This document shows positions 1 through 9,789 of a stretch of DNA of 64,000 bases, piece by piece. The notes beneath the pieces were generated by a model. It made no database searches and had not been told where the DNA came from. It saw only the letters and a program-made list of their open reading frames with translations. A program made the position numbers and the translations under genes. Origin of the DNA: Kiritimatiellia bacterium (GTDB lineage: Bacteria > Verrucomicrobiota > Kiritimatiellia > JAAZAB01); assembly GCA_040767085.1 (NCBI GenBank), contig JAXGPF010000005.1, forward strand, positions 96,001 through 160,000, read 5' to 3'. Position 1 is the first letter of the stretch, and the number at the start of each line of letters is the position of its first letter.

Positions 1-2
1 AA

Positions 3-620
3 CCAGCCCCCCACCATGCCGTCGCCGTATGCGCCGGCGCCGCGTCCGATGGAGCAATTGAACTCGACCGGGCATTCCAAACGCCGGGCTCGCGGATCGA
101 AACCCACCAGGTAGAGATGCGCGCCGCAGGCGCCATGGTCGCCCACAGCCGAATAAAACATCTGGGATCCCGGATCATACAGCGACTGGCAGTAATTACC
201 CCACCAGCCGGTATGGTACTGGTTATGATAGACGCGCGGCCAGCGCGGGGCGGCCGGGACCACGGCAAATGCAATCTCCGGCGCGGTGCGCGCCAGTATA
301 AAATCGCGGCCGGCAGATTCCGCCAGATGCGCCGGAACTGTCAGCAGGTCCGGCGCGCAATCCGCCACCACCCGCCCGGAATACAACAAGCGGTGGACAT
401 CCAGGCTTTCCGCCACCGCCTTGCGGGACAAGGCTTCTACACAAGGCCGCTCCGGCGCCGGCGGCGGCATGCGCCCGGCATAAACCGCGCCGAAAGCGCC
501 CACCCGGCCGCCAGGCTGCAGCCCGGAATCGAGCGGCTCTTCCGTCAGCATCCGGCAGCCGGCGCCGATCAGGCAGGCTGCCGCCAGACCGGCCCAAAGC
601 GGATTTAACCATTGGCGCAT
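3..620 (-). CDS. Secreted lipoprotein of unknown function, partial (runs off left edge)
   Basis: Manual translation from ATG 620: MRQWLNPLWAGLAAACLIGAGC (lipobox-like)...WWGNYCQSLY...FYSAVGDHG...YGDGMVGGW, open to the window edge; not in the ORF track because it has no stop. Confidence 0.7.
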   Translation of the reverse strand, partial: MRQWLNPLWAGLAAACLIGAGCRMLTEEPLDSGLQPGGRVGAFGAVYAGRMPPPAPERPCVEALSRKAVAESLDVHRLLYSGRVVADCAPDLLTVPAHLAESAGRDFILARTAPEIAFAVVPAAPRWPRVYHNQYHTGWWGNYCQSLYDPGSQMFYSAVGDHGACGAHLYLVGFDPRARRLECPVEFNCSIGRGAGAYGDGMVGGW

Positions 621-637
621 CAGCCGCGTCTCTTTCA

Positions 638-1525
638 TTAGTGCCTGGGACGGGCGCGCCGCATGGCGCGGCAGATTTCGTCCTGGATGTCGGACATGCT
701 GTGCAGCAGGTTATCCGGCTCGGGCACCGGCGCTACCGCGCCGCGGTGGCTGTCCCAGTCCACCGCGCCGTAACGCGCGGGCGCCTTGGCAGAGGCCCTG
801 CCGCGCCAATAAACCTCATAAACATCGCCCTGGCTGTAATGCCAGAATTCGAAGGGATAGGCCACAAAACCATGCCGGTCCATGATTTCCGTAATGGCCT
901 GGCGGTTGCGCCGGGCCGCCGCACTGACAAACGGCGAGGCCATCGGCGTCAATTCGGACATTTCCAGATATGGCCCACCGCGGTCCACTTCCGCGCCCGT
1001 AGCTGCTTCCCGCACGGAGATGTCCAGTGCGCTGCCGGACATGTGTGTCCCGATTTTCGGACGGGTGGCGACCAACGCTGTCACCCGGCGGAGCATCAGG
1101 TCGGTATCGGGCGTGCCGCCGCCAAGTTCCCAGACCGTTTTGCGGTAAATGGCGTCGAAAATCGTCGGGATATGCACCAGCGCGCGCTGCATGGCCGTCG
1201 AGCGATACCCATCCTCAATCCGCAATATCCAACCGCGGCGGCTCATTTCCTCCGCGGCGGCCAGCAGGCGCGGCATCAGGCCGGCGCGCAGCCGGAAAAT
1301 CCGCGCCAAACCCGGCGCCAGCGGCGTCTGTGAAAATTCCAGCCGCACCCCGGCGGCGGCCGCCGCCGCGCGCAAATCCTCCAGCGGCTCCAGGCAATCC
1401 TGCACGGGCAGCGTCCGGCAGACTTCCATCATCGCCATGGCCGCTTCCATTTGATCCCGCCAATAAACGCGAGCATCCGGCGCGCATTCGCGCGCCGGCC
1501 CGCCGACATCATGTTGTGTCTGCAT
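638..1525 (-). CDS. D-alanyl-D-alanine dipeptidase-like Zn peptidase (VanX/DdpX, M15)
   Basis: Motifs IEDGYRS..Q, THMSGSALDIS, EFWHY; GAGGAG RBS before ATG 1525. Confidence 0.85.
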   Translation of the reverse strand: MQTQHDVGGPARECAPDARVYWRDQMEAAMAMMEVCRTLPVQDCLEPLEDLRAAAAAAGVRLEFSQTPLAPGLARIFRLRAGLMPRLLAAAEEMSRRGWILRIEDGYRSTAMQRALVHIPTIFDAIYRKTVWELGGGTPDTDLMLRRVTALVATRPKIGTHMSGSALDISVREAATGAEVDRGGPYLEMSELTPMASPFVSAAARRNRQAITEIMDRHGFVAYPFEFWHYSQGDVYEVYWRGRASAKAPARYGAVDWDSHRGAVAPVPEPDNLLHSMSDIQDEICRAMRRARPRH

Positions 1526-1566
1526 AGCTCCTCGTTGATATGCCTGTTTACAAGTCAAATTTCCGA

Positions 1567-1582
1567 TTGTAACATGTTGCAA
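1567..1582. promoter_or_regulatory. Operator-like palindrome in AT-rich divergent promoter region
   Basis: TTGTAACATGTTGCAA, 14/16 dyad symmetry, between divergent genes. Confidence 0.35.
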
Positions 1583-1610
1583 GATGGTATATTTTAAAAA
1601 CTCTTTGTCA

Positions 1611-2657
1611 ATGCAATCCTTGAGTGCCGCCTTGAACAACCTTCAATTATTTCGGCCGCCGATTTGCCGGGGATGGCTTCCCGCTTCTTTACAGCTTGGT
1701 TTGATGATGGTAGTTCTGCTGAACTCCGGCTGCCGCCCGCCGTCCAAAACCTGCGCTCTGCCGCCGCCCTCCGCTCTGGAAGGATCGCGCGCCCTGGACG
1801 AAACAGAACGTTTCGTCGCGCTGGGTCCGCGCGTCTCCGGCACGGCCGGTGCGGAAAAAGCCGCCTTGTACCTGCGGCAGCGCCTGCAAGAAATGGGCAT
1901 TGAGACGGAAGTGGATGCCTTCCGCGATCCGGCCCCCGGCGGCCCGGTCGTCTTCCGCAACGTGCTGGGGCGCCTCCCCGGCGCCAGCACGAACTGGGTG
2001 GTGCTGGTTTCGCATTACGACACCAAGCACGGCATCGGACCGGCCTTCGCCGGCGCCAACGATTCCGGGTCCAGCACCGGCCTGCTCCTGGAACTGGGAC
2101 GCCAACTACAGATGGGATGCCAACCGCCGTTGGGATGCCAACCGCCGTTGGGACGCCAACCGCCGGCCGCGCCGGCGCGGCCGGCCAATATCCTGCTGGC
2201 GTTTCTGGACGGCGAGGAATGCCGGGTGCAATACGGGCCGAACGACGGATTGCACGGCAGCCGGCGCCTGGCGCACACTTTGGTCAAAGACGGCCGGGCC
2301 AAAGCCACCTGCGCGGTGATAGTGATTGACATGATCGGCGATCGCAGCCTGACGCTGACCATCCCGCGCAATATCACGCCGGCCTTGGGCAGCCTGGCCA
2401 TGCGCGCCGCAGCCGCGGAAAACGCGCGCCACCTGTGCCGCCTCTTGCCGACCTCCATCCTGGATGACCACCAGCCATTTCTTGACGTCGGCATCCCGGC
2501 CGTGTTATTAATCGATTTCGAATACGGATCGGCGCCTGGCGCCAACGATTACTGGCATACTCCCGCCGATACGCTCGATAAACTCAGCGCCGCAAGCCTG
2601 CAAACTGTCGGCCGCATTGTGCTGCGCATGCTGCACGGAGTCATGTTATGCGAATGA
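1611..2657 (+). CDS. M28 family peptidase / glutaminyl cyclase-like lipoprotein (start uncertain)
   Basis: SHYDTK, GANDSGSS, DGEE, DMIG, DDH, WHTPADT metal-site motifs; LLNSGC lipobox. Confidence 0.85.
   Translation: MQSLSAALNNLQLFRPPICRGWLPASLQLGLMMVVLLNSGCRPPSKTCALPPPSALEGSRALDETERFVALGPRVSGTAGAEKAALYLRQRLQEMGIETEVDAFRDPAPGGPVVFRNVLGRLPGASTNWVVLVSHYDTKHGIGPAFAGANDSGSSTGLLLELGRQLQMGCQPPLGCQPPLGRQPPAAPARPANILLAFLDGEECRVQYGPNDGLHGSRRLAHTLVKDGRAKATCAVIVIDMIGDRSLTLTIPRNITPALGSLAMRAAAAENARHLCRLLPTSILDDHQPFLDVGIPAVLLIDFEYGSAPGANDYWHTPADTLDKLSAASLQTVGRIVLRMLHGVMLCE
2095..2166 (+). repeat. Intragenic 18-bp tandem repeat x4
   Basis: tgggacgccaactacaga/tgggatgccaaccgccgt/tgggatgccaaccgccgt/tgggacgccaaccgccgg, encoding GRQLQM GCQPPL GCQPPL GRQPPA. 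Confidence 0.9.
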
Positions 2658-3439
2658 ATGAAATTAATGTAAAGTCATCGCTGGATGGCTCAAGTCAGCC
2701 GTCCCTGTTTGAATTTCCCGCCGGGATTGAAAACGCGCCGCTGCTGGTGGGGCTCCACACCTGGAGCTTCGACCGGTTCAACCAGGTGGATAAAATGCTG
2801 CCCTTGTGCCGGGAGCGCGGCTGGGCGCTCCTGCTGCCGGAATTTCGCGGCCCCAACACCGCCGCCAATCCGCGCGCGCGGGAAGCTTGCGCCTCGCGCC
2901 TGGCGCGCCAGGATGTGCTGGACGCCGTGGAACATGTTGCCGCCGCTTACCCGGTTGACCGCAGCCGGATCATGGCGCTGGGCGGGAGCGGCGGCGGGCA
3001 CATGGCGCTGATGATGGCCGCTTGCGCGCCCCGCCTGTGGCGCGCGGTCAGCGCCTGGGTGCCGATTACCGACCTGGCGGCATGGCTGGAAGCCAAAGGC
3101 ACGGAGTCAACCTACGGCAAAGGGATCATGGCCTGCTGCGGCGGCGTGCCCGGCGACAGCCCGGCCATCGCCGCCGAATACCGCGAGCGGTCACCGATCA
3201 CGCATGTCCAGGCGCTCCGCGAGGCAACCCTGTCAGTCCACCACGGCCGGTATGACCGCAGCGTGCCCTATACGCATACATTCAACCTGGCGCTGGCCAT
3301 GGAAAAAGCCGGCGCACCGCATTTTTTCTTCGAAATTTTCGATGGCGCCCATGAATTGCGGTATGATACCGCCTTCCGCTGGCTGGAAAAAACTTTGGCG
3401 GATTCCGCCGGGCAGCCGTCCGGCAAACTTACCGGATAA
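2648..3439 (+). CDS. Alpha/beta hydrolase (S9 prolyl oligopeptidase-like)
   Basis: GGSGGG nucleophile elbow, HGRYDRSV Asp, GAHE His. Confidence 0.85.
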   Translation: MRMNEINVKSSLDGSSQPSLFEFPAGIENAPLLVGLHTWSFDRFNQVDKMLPLCRERGWALLLPEFRGPNTAANPRAREACASRLARQDVLDAVEHVAAAYPVDRSRIMALGGSGGGHMALMMAACAPRLWRAVSAWVPITDLAAWLEAKGTESTYGKGIMACCGGVPGDSPAIAAEYRERSPITHVQALREATLSVHHGRYDRSVPYTHTFNLALAMEKAGAPHFFFEIFDGAHELRYDTAFRWLEKTLADSAGQPSGKLTG

Positions 3440-3550
3440 TTAACGAAAAATATCACAAAAATATCCTTGTCATCCCCGTTTCAATAGTTTACATTGCTGT
3501 TAATGAATTTTTCGCAAAATCGCAAATCGAAAACGCAGGAGATATTGAAC

Positions 3551-4192
3551 ATGAAAAAAACATGGCGGCGGATTTCATTGCGGGCGTTTACATTGGTGGA
3601 ATTGCTGGTGGTGATCGCCATTATCGCCTTGCTGGCCGGGTTGCTGCTGCCGAACCTGGCATCCGTGCGTGAAAAAGCGCGGCGCGTCAACTGCCTCTCC
3701 AACCAGAACGGTTTGTTCAAGGCTATTTCCGCCTGGGGATTGAATCCCGCCGACTCTTTCCGGCCGTCCTTCCCCCGCACTAATATTGCCGCAGCGCTCT
3801 CGATCGAAGGCGGCGGCATCACGCCGGAAATGTTCATTTGCCCCACCGCTGCCGGTGAATACGGCACCAAGCCGGCTGTCACCCTGAGCAATGTGGTGGA
3901 TACCAACAGCAATTATAATTACTGGATGTACCGTACCGACAGGGATGGTGACAAGGTGATCATCTGCGACCAGCACGGTCCTCTGACCAACGGCCTGCCT
4001 GGTCAATGGGGCGGCAACCACCTGTTCGAAGGCGGCAACGTCGTCAAGGTGGGCGGCAATGGTCTGTGGGTGGACTCCACTAACACCGCCGCCGGGCGCG
4101 CTGCTCCAAACTGTATCACCAACACCATCGTTTCCAATGCCTTCTCACTGCCTGAAGGCAAGTTGGAAAAAGATTGTATCACTCTTTTCTAA
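3551..4192 (+). CDS. Prepilin-type N-terminal cleavage/methylation domain protein (PVC type)
   Basis: [43 protein letters not shown] upstream. Confidence 0.9.
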   Translation: MKKTWRRISLRAFTLVELLVVIAIIALLAGLLLPNLASVREKARRVNCLSNQNGLFKAISAWGLNPADSFRPSFPRTNIAAALSIEGGGITPEMFICPTAAGEYGTKPAVTLSNVVDTNSNYNYWMYRTDRDGDKVIICDQHGPLTNGLPGQWGGNHLFEGGNVVKVGGNGLWVDSTNTAAGRAAPNCITNTIVSNAFSLPEGKLEKDCITLF

Positions 4193-4205
4193 AGCGTCGG
4201 CGGAG

Positions 4206-4253
4206 AACAGCTCCCAATACACCCCCGCGGTCTGTTGGGAGCTGTTTTTGTTT
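4206..4253 (+). terminator. Rho-independent terminator
   Basis: AACAGCTCCCAA...TTGGGAGCTGTT stem followed by T-rich tract, just after the pilin-like gene. Confidence 0.75.
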
Positions 4254-4267
4254 GAACCAAATCTTCC

Positions 4268-5305
4268 ATGCGCATTCTGATCACCGGCGGCAGCGGCTTT
4301 CTGGGCATTAATCTGGTCCGGCATCTTCTGGCAAAGCAAGCCGGCGAAATCGTCGTGCTGGATGTAGCGGACTTTGATTATCCTGAACGCGGCCAGGTCA
4401 GTTTTATCCGGGGCGACATCCGCGATGAAGCAACCGTCCGGCGCGCCATGGACGGCTGCGGCTGGGTCGTGCATACCGCCGCCGCCCTGCCCCTGTATCC
4501 GCGCGACGAAATCCTGAGCATTGAAGTGGAAGGTACGCGCTGCCTGCTGCAGGCGGCGCAGGCGGCACAGGTCCAGCGTTTCGTGCATATTTCGTCCACC
4601 GCCGTCTACGGCATTCCCGATCATCACCCGCTGGTGGAAGACGACAAACTGGAGGGCGTCGGCCCCTATGGCGAAGCCAAGATTCTGGCCGAGCAAGCCT
4701 GCCGGGAATCCCGCCGCCAGGGCCTGTGCGTTCCTATCCTCCGCCCGAAATCGTTCATCGGACCGGAACGCCTGGGTGTGTTTGCCATTTTTTACGAATG
4801 GGCGCGCGAAGGCCGCCATTTCCCCATGATCGGCAGCGGTCGCAATCGCTACCAGTTGCTGGATGTCGAGGATTTATGCGATGCCATCTACCTGTGTTTG
4901 ACTCTCGATGCCGCCGCGGTCAACGACACCTTCAACATCGGCGCAGCGGAATTCGCCACCATGCGCGAGGATTACCAAGCCGTGCTGGACGAGGCCGGAT
5001 TCGGCCGGCGCATCATCGGGTTCCCCGCCGCGCCCGCCATCTGGGGACTGCGCCTGCTGGAATGGCTGCGCCTGTCGCCGCTTTACAAATGGGTGTATGA
5101 GACCGCGGGCAAGGATTCGTTCGTCAGCATCGACAAGGCGCGCCAAAAACTGGGATTTCAACCGCGCCATTCCAACCGCGACGCACTGGTGCGCAATTAC
5201 CGCTGGTACCTTGAGCATTACGACAGTTTCCGCAACCAGACCGGTATTTCGCACCGCGTGCCATGGAAACAAAGCGCGTTGAAATTAATCAAACATTTTT
5301 TCTGA
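4268..5305 (+). CDS. NAD-dependent epimerase/dehydratase (extended SDR)
   Basis: [22 protein letters not shown] (YxxxK). Confidence 0.9.
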   Translation: MRILITGGSGFLGINLVRHLLAKQAGEIVVLDVADFDYPERGQVSFIRGDIRDEATVRRAMDGCGWVVHTAAALPLYPRDEILSIEVEGTRCLLQAAQAAQVQRFVHISSTAVYGIPDHHPLVEDDKLEGVGPYGEAKILAEQACRESRRQGLCVPILRPKSFIGPERLGVFAIFYEWAREGRHFPMIGSGRNRYQLLDVEDLCDAIYLCLTLDAAAVNDTFNIGAAEFATMREDYQAVLDEAGFGRRIIGFPAAPAIWGLRLLEWLRLSPLYKWVYETAGKDSFVSIDKARQKLGFQPRHSNRDALVRNYRWYLEHYDSFRNQTGISHRVPWKQSALKLIKHFF

Positions 5306-5325
5306 ACAAATGAAAGGAGCAAGTC

Positions 5326-6357
5326 ATGGCCGGTAAATTCCGTTTTTCGTTTGGACCCTGGAACATTCATGAAGGCGCCGACCCGTTCGGCCCGACCGTA
5401 CGCAAATCCCTGCCTTTCGCCAAAAAACTGTCGCTTTACAAGAAACTCGGATTCGATGGCGTCCAATTTCACGACGACGACGCCGTGCCGGACATGAACG
5501 ACCTGACCCCGGCGCAAATCGTCAAGCGCGCCGGCCGGGTGCGGCAACTTCTGCGCCAGGCGGGCCTGAAGGCGGAGTTCGTCGCCCCGCGCCTCTGGGA
5601 AGACCCGCGCACGATTGACGGCGGTTATACCTCCAACGATCCCAAGTGCCGCAAATACTCCCTGGAACGCAGCCGCCGCGCCATTGATATCGCCAAGGCA
5701 TTGGATACCCGGCTGATCGTCCTCTGGCTGGCGCGCGAAGGGACATATATCCGCGAAGCCAAAGACAGCCGCGTGTCCGTTGGCCGGCTCGTGGAAGCCG
5801 TAAACGACATGCTGGCTTACGATCCGGATATCCGCATCGCCATCGAACCCAAGCCGAATGAGCCGATGGACCATACATACATCCCCACCACCGGCCATGC
5901 CATCGCCCTGGCCGCCATGTGCAGTGATCCGTCGCGCGTGGGCGTGAATATCGAAAGCGCGCATGCCATCCTGGCCGGGCTGGACCCCTCGGATGAAATG
6001 GGCTTTGCCCTGGCCGCCGACAAACTCTGGACCGTGCATCTGAACGATCAGAACGGCCTGAAATTTGACCAGGACAAGTCCTTCGGCTCCGCGGATTTGC
6101 GCCGCGCCTTCAACCAGGTGCGCATTTTGGACCGTTACAATTATGGGAAGCAGGGCGAGTACGTCGGCCTGGACGTCAAGGCCATGCGCACCCAGAAATT
6201 CCCGGCCGCCGAACACCTGGTCAACAGCCGGAAAATCTTCCTGAGACTCCTGGAAATCAGCCGCGGTCTGAACGAAAAACGCATCCAAGCCCTGATCGCC
6301 CAACGCGATTACGAAGCGCTGGATTTTTACATCCTGACCCAGCTCACCGGGGGATAA
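5326..6357 (+). CDS. xylA: Xylose isomerase (short class I-like)
   Basis: FSFGPW..GADPFG, FHDDD, IEPKPNEP, HLNDQNGLKFDQD motifs; AAAGGAG RBS. Confidence 0.8.
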   Translation: MAGKFRFSFGPWNIHEGADPFGPTVRKSLPFAKKLSLYKKLGFDGVQFHDDDAVPDMNDLTPAQIVKRAGRVRQLLRQAGLKAEFVAPRLWEDPRTIDGGYTSNDPKCRKYSLERSRRAIDIAKALDTRLIVLWLAREGTYIREAKDSRVSVGRLVEAVNDMLAYDPDIRIAIEPKPNEPMDHTYIPTTGHAIALAAMCSDPSRVGVNIESAHAILAGLDPSDEMGFALAADKLWTVHLNDQNGLKFDQDKSFGSADLRRAFNQVRILDRYNYGKQGEYVGLDVKAMRTQKFPAAEHLVNSRKIFLRLLEISRGLNEKRIQALIAQRDYEALDFYILTQLTGG

Positions 6358-6373
6358 ATTCATCGTCTCCGGC

Positions 6374-6540
6374 TGTAGTAGCCGCACGGTGTGCGGCATG
6401 CCGGCTCCGGCTGTAGTAGCCGCACTGTGTGCGGCATGCCGGAGCGCAACGCAGTTGCGCCACTACAGTCCGGAACGTTCTGCTGTAGCGGTCCGGCTTT
6501 GCCGGACTTCCCGATTCCGCAACGCAGTTGCGCCGCTACA
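6374..6540. repeat. Cluster of five GTAG-type REP-like hairpins
   Basis: TGTAG-YR-7bp stem-3nt loop-7bp stem at 6374-6397(+), 6412-6435(+), 6444-6467(-), 6484-6507(+), 6517-6540(-). Confidence 0.85.
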
Positions 6541-6583
6541 TAATAATTCAGCAAAGCGAAATCCCTTACTATACCCCGGTGAC

Positions 6584-8986
6584 ATGCCGTTAAAGTTGCC
6601 TTGTATTGCGTTATTCCTGGCCGTGCTGACGGCCTGCGCCGCTCGCGGGGAGGCGCCGGCGCTCAGCCTTGAACCCAACCCGGCGGCGGCGGCCCGGTAT
6701 TGGCGGCCGGGCCCGGACACCCCGGTTGCCGCCGCCGCCAGCGATGACGCCAGCCTGTTGCTGCCCTGCCCGTTCCGGCGGGGGATGGATCGTGTTTTCT
6801 GGGACCGTGCCGCTGATTTCAACCTGGCCCATTACCCCGCGTTGGAACTGGAAATCAGTTGTCCGCATCCCGCGGCCCTGCGCCGCATCGGCCTATATTT
6901 AAAAAGCGGCAATGGCTGGTACGTCTGGCTGAAGCCTTTGCCCGGGCCCGGCCGGCAGAAATTATTCCTGGCGCAGCGGGAAGCCGGCACGGAAGGCCGG
7001 CCGGCCGGCTGGCATCGGATTGACGGCATACGTCTCAGCGTTATGCCGGCCTCCGCAGTGGATACTGCCCTGACCCTGCATGCGCTGAATGCCCGACGGC
7101 CGGCGCTGGCCGTGGTGCGCGGCACAAGTTCCTGTCCGAACCAGGCCGAACGCAACGCCGCCCACAGCGCCGCCCGCCGCATCGGCCGCTGGCTGGAAGA
7201 ACTGCATTTATCTTTCTCCCTGCTGGATGATGAAGATGTCATGGCTGGACGCCTGTCCGGCGCGCGCCTGGCGATTTTGCCGTACAATCCGCATCCGCCG
7301 CGCCGGCAAATTCAAGCCCTGCAAAATTTTGCAAACCAGGGCGGAAAATTGATGGTGTTTTACAGCGCGGAACCGCAATTGGCAGAAATACTGGGCTTGC
7401 GCCTGGGCGAATACCAGCGTGCCCGCCAGCCCGGCCAATGGAGCGCCTTCGCTTTTAACCGGGAGGCGCCGCCCGATGTTCCCGCGCTGGTCTTTCAGGA
7501 TTCCAGCAATATCCGCCCCGTTTTCGCGGCTGGCCGGCAGGCCAAGGTTATCGCCTATTGGCGGAATGCCGCTGGGAAAACGGGCGCTGATCCGGCCTGG
7601 GCGCTGACTGACCGGGGTTGCTGGATGTCCCACATTTTGCTGAACGGCGATGATGAAAACAAAAAACTGCTTCTGCTGGCGCTGGCGGGCCGCTATGAAA
7701 AATCGGTTTGGAGAGAAGCAGCCCTGGCCGCCTTTGCCAATGCCGGACGCATCGCCAGCTTTTCCAGCCTGCCCGCCGCCCAGGCGGGCATTGCCAGCCT
7801 GGCGGCCGCCAACCACCGGAGGGAACTGGCCCGGCCGGCGCTCGATCAGGCAAGCAATTATTACCGGCAGCTACGCAGCCGGATGGCCGATCGGGACTAT
7901 CCGGAAGCCTTCCGGGAAAGTCGGCGTTTGCAGCGCGCCCTGCTGCAGGCCTATGCCGCCGCCCACCCGCCCCGCGCCATGGAATTCCGGGGGGTATGGA
8001 ACCATTCCGGCATGGGCCTTTACCCGGGCGATTGGCCGCGCACGGCCCGGCTTCTGAAGAATTCCGGCATCACCGCGGTCTTCCCGAACTTGTTATGGGC
8101 CGGCGTGGCCCATTATCCCAGCCGGATGGTTCCGCCCTCCGAGATCAGCCGCACGGTCGGCGACCAGCTTCGCCAGGCCGGGAATGCCGCCCGCGACGCG
8201 GGCCTGGAAATGCATCTCTGGAAAGTCTGCTGGAACCTCGGCGCCGCCCCCGCGGAACAAGTCGCGCAATGGCGCCGCGCCGGCCGGCTGCAGCGCGCCG
8301 CGGATGGCGAGGTGCTGCCCTGGCTTTGCCCCAGCCACCCTCGGAATACCGCCCAGGAAATCGACGCTATCCGGGAAGCGGCCGCCACCCGACTGCTGGA
8401 CGGCGTCCACCTGGACTACCTGCGTTACCCGGGCCCGCACGCCTGTTACTGCGATGGCTGCCGGCGGAGCTTCGAACAAGCGCTGGGGCGGGCGGCCGCC
8501 GGCTGGCCGGCCGCAGCGCGCAACGGCCTGCTCGCCGGCCAATTCCAGGAATGGCGTTGCGCCCAGCTCACCGAATTTGTCCGCCGCGTCCGCCAGGCCT
8601 TGCAGGAAGTCGATCCGCGCATCAAACTTTCCGCCGCGGTCTATCAGAGTTATCCCGACTGCCGGCGCAGCGTCGGCCAGGACTGGGGCAGATGGCTGAA
8701 AACGGGGCTGCTGGACTTCGTCGTCCCGATGAATTATACGGAAAACACCGCCGAATTCGGCGGCATCCTGCGGCGGCAATGCGCCTTGCCAGGCGCCTCC
8801 CAGCGGGTTCTTCCGGGGTTGGGCGTGACCGCCGCCGAAAGCCAACTGACGCCCGACCGGGTCCTCGAACAGATCATGCAAACACGCGCCTTGGACTGCG
8901 GCGGTTTCGTGTTATTCGACTTGAACGCCACCCTGGCGGAGGAAATCCTGCCGATTTTGCGGCTGGGACCCACGGCCCGGCCATGA
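6584..8986 (+). CDS. Secreted glycoside hydrolase-like protein (GHL10/DUF187 C-terminal TIM barrel, with N-terminal CBM-like and GATase-like domains)
   Basis: Signal peptide; EFRGVW, WLCPSHP, DGVHLDYLRYP, GQDWGRW, DFVVPMNY motifs. Confidence 0.8.
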   Translation: MPLKLPCIALFLAVLTACAARGEAPALSLEPNPAAAARYWRPGPDTPVAAAASDDASLLLPCPFRRGMDRVFWDRAADFNLAHYPALELEISCPHPAALRRIGLYLKSGNGWYVWLKPLPGPGRQKLFLAQREAGTEGRPAGWHRIDGIRLSVMPASAVDTALTLHALNARRPALAVVRGTSSCPNQAERNAAHSAARRIGRWLEELHLSFSLLDDEDVMAGRLSGARLAILPYNPHPPRRQIQALQNFANQGGKLMVFYSAEPQLAEILGLRLGEYQRARQPGQWSAFAFNREAPPDVPALVFQDSSNIRPVFAAGRQAKVIAYWRNAAGKTGADPAWALTDRGCWMSHILLNGDDENKKLLLLALAGRYEKSVWREAALAAFANAGRIASFSSLPAAQAGIASLAAANHRRELARPALDQASNYYRQLRSRMADRDYPEAFRESRRLQRALLQAYAAAHPPRAMEFRGVWNHSGMGLYPGDWPRTARLLKNSGITAVFPNLLWAGVAHYPSRMVPPSEISRTVGDQLRQAGNAARDAGLEMHLWKVCWNLGAAPAEQVAQWRRAGRLQRAADGEVLPWLCPSHPRNTAQEIDAIREAAATRLLDGVHLDYLRYPGPHACYCDGCRRSFEQALGRAAAGWPAAARNGLLAGQFQEWRCAQLTEFVRRVRQALQEVDPRIKLSAAVYQSYPDCRRSVGQDWGRWLKTGLLDFVVPMNYTENTAEFGGILRRQCALPGASQRVLPGLGVTAAESQLTPDRVLEQIMQTRALDCGGFVLFDLNATLAEEILPILRLGPTARP

Positions 8987-9073
8987 TCGGGCGCGACGGC
9001 CACGCGGCCGATTCCGTTGGAATGCGCGCCTGTTGCCTATTGCGCACTTTTTGCACGTCAGACATAAAACAAT

Positions 9074-9102
9074 TTGCCAAACACGCGGCTTTTGTATATT
9101 AT
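9074..9102 (+). promoter_or_regulatory. Sigma70-like promoter for the twin small genes
   Basis: TTGCCA-17 bp-TATTAT, 45 bp upstream of ATG 9147. Confidence 0.55.
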
Positions 9103-9146
9103 TCGGCTCAAGAAAAGGTTGTCTTGAACTTGTGAAAGGATAGTAT

Positions 9147-9434
9147 ATGCGCCGAAAATTCGCGGGGATGGTTTTAGCGGGTATTTTGCTGGCAGGCAGT
9201 GCGCCGTGGGCGGGCGCCGTCAATCCCGATCGCGGCGGGGTGATGGGTTTTATCGCCGGGTGCTGCTTCGGCATCCGCGCTGGCGCGGCTTACAACGACG
9301 GCAAGGAAATCCACTGGCGCGAATGGATTGGCCTGATCATTCCGATCGTGCCCATGCTGTGGAATGGCTTTGAGGGCGCCAACGGCATGACCACCAAGGA
9401 TTACCTCGAAAAATACGGCGCAACTTTTTATTAA
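9147..9434 (+). CDS. Small secreted/membrane hairpin protein, paralog A (unknown function)
   Basis: AAAGGA RBS, Sec-type signal ending AGA, Gly-rich hydrophobic segment with CC, second hydrophobic segment, C-terminal FY; conserved with the next gene. Confidence 0.9.
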   Translation: MRRKFAGMVLAGILLAGSAPWAGAVNPDRGGVMGFIAGCCFGIRAGAAYNDGKEIHWREWIGLIIPIVPMLWNGFEGANGMTTKDYLEKYGATFY

Positions 9435-9475
9435 TCAACCAGCAGTATCGATCGTTTAACCAGAAGGAGGCAGGC

Positions 9476-9769
9476 ATGAAAAAAGTATTAGCGGGTGTGA
9501 TGCTGGCGGCCCTGCTGGCGGGCGGCGCGGTGCAGACGACGCAGGCTATCAATCCCAATCGCGGCGGACTGATGGGCTTTATCGCCGGGTGCTGCTTCGG
9601 CATCCGCGCCGGTGCGGCTTACAATGACGGCAAGGAAATCCACTGGCGCGAATGGGTGCAACTGATTCCGATTGCCAACCTTGTTTTCGCGGTCTGGAAC
9701 GGCATTGACGGCGCCAACGGCATGACCACGGCCGATTACGCCGGTAAATACGGCGCGGCGTTTTATTGA
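9476..9769 (+). CDS. Small secreted/membrane hairpin protein, paralog B (unknown function)
   Basis: AAGGAGG RBS, signal ending TQA, 28 aa identical to paralog A. Confidence 0.9.
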   Translation: MKKVLAGVMLAALLAGGAVQTTQAINPNRGGLMGFIAGCCFGIRAGAAYNDGKEIHWREWVQLIPIANLVFAVWNGIDGANGMTTADYAGKYGAAFY

Positions 9770-9789
9770 TCACGTCCGGCGCGTTTTTC

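Noticed and set aside
6367-6442. Mini-CRISPR from the 38-bp direct repeat
   Set aside because: Copies are adjacent with no spacer; better explained as a duplicated REP unit
6389-6583. N-terminal extension of the 865-aa ORF
   Set aside because: Runs through the REP cluster; the signal peptide begins at ATG 6584
7708-9135. Alternative-frame 475-aa ORF
   Set aside because: Arg/Pro/Gly-rich frame overlapping the GHL10-like gene, typical GC artefact
9147-9769. Classical RiPP/bacteriocin precursors
   Set aside because: The leaders look Sec-type, and no radical SAM, YcaO, LanM or peptidase-ABC gene is nearby
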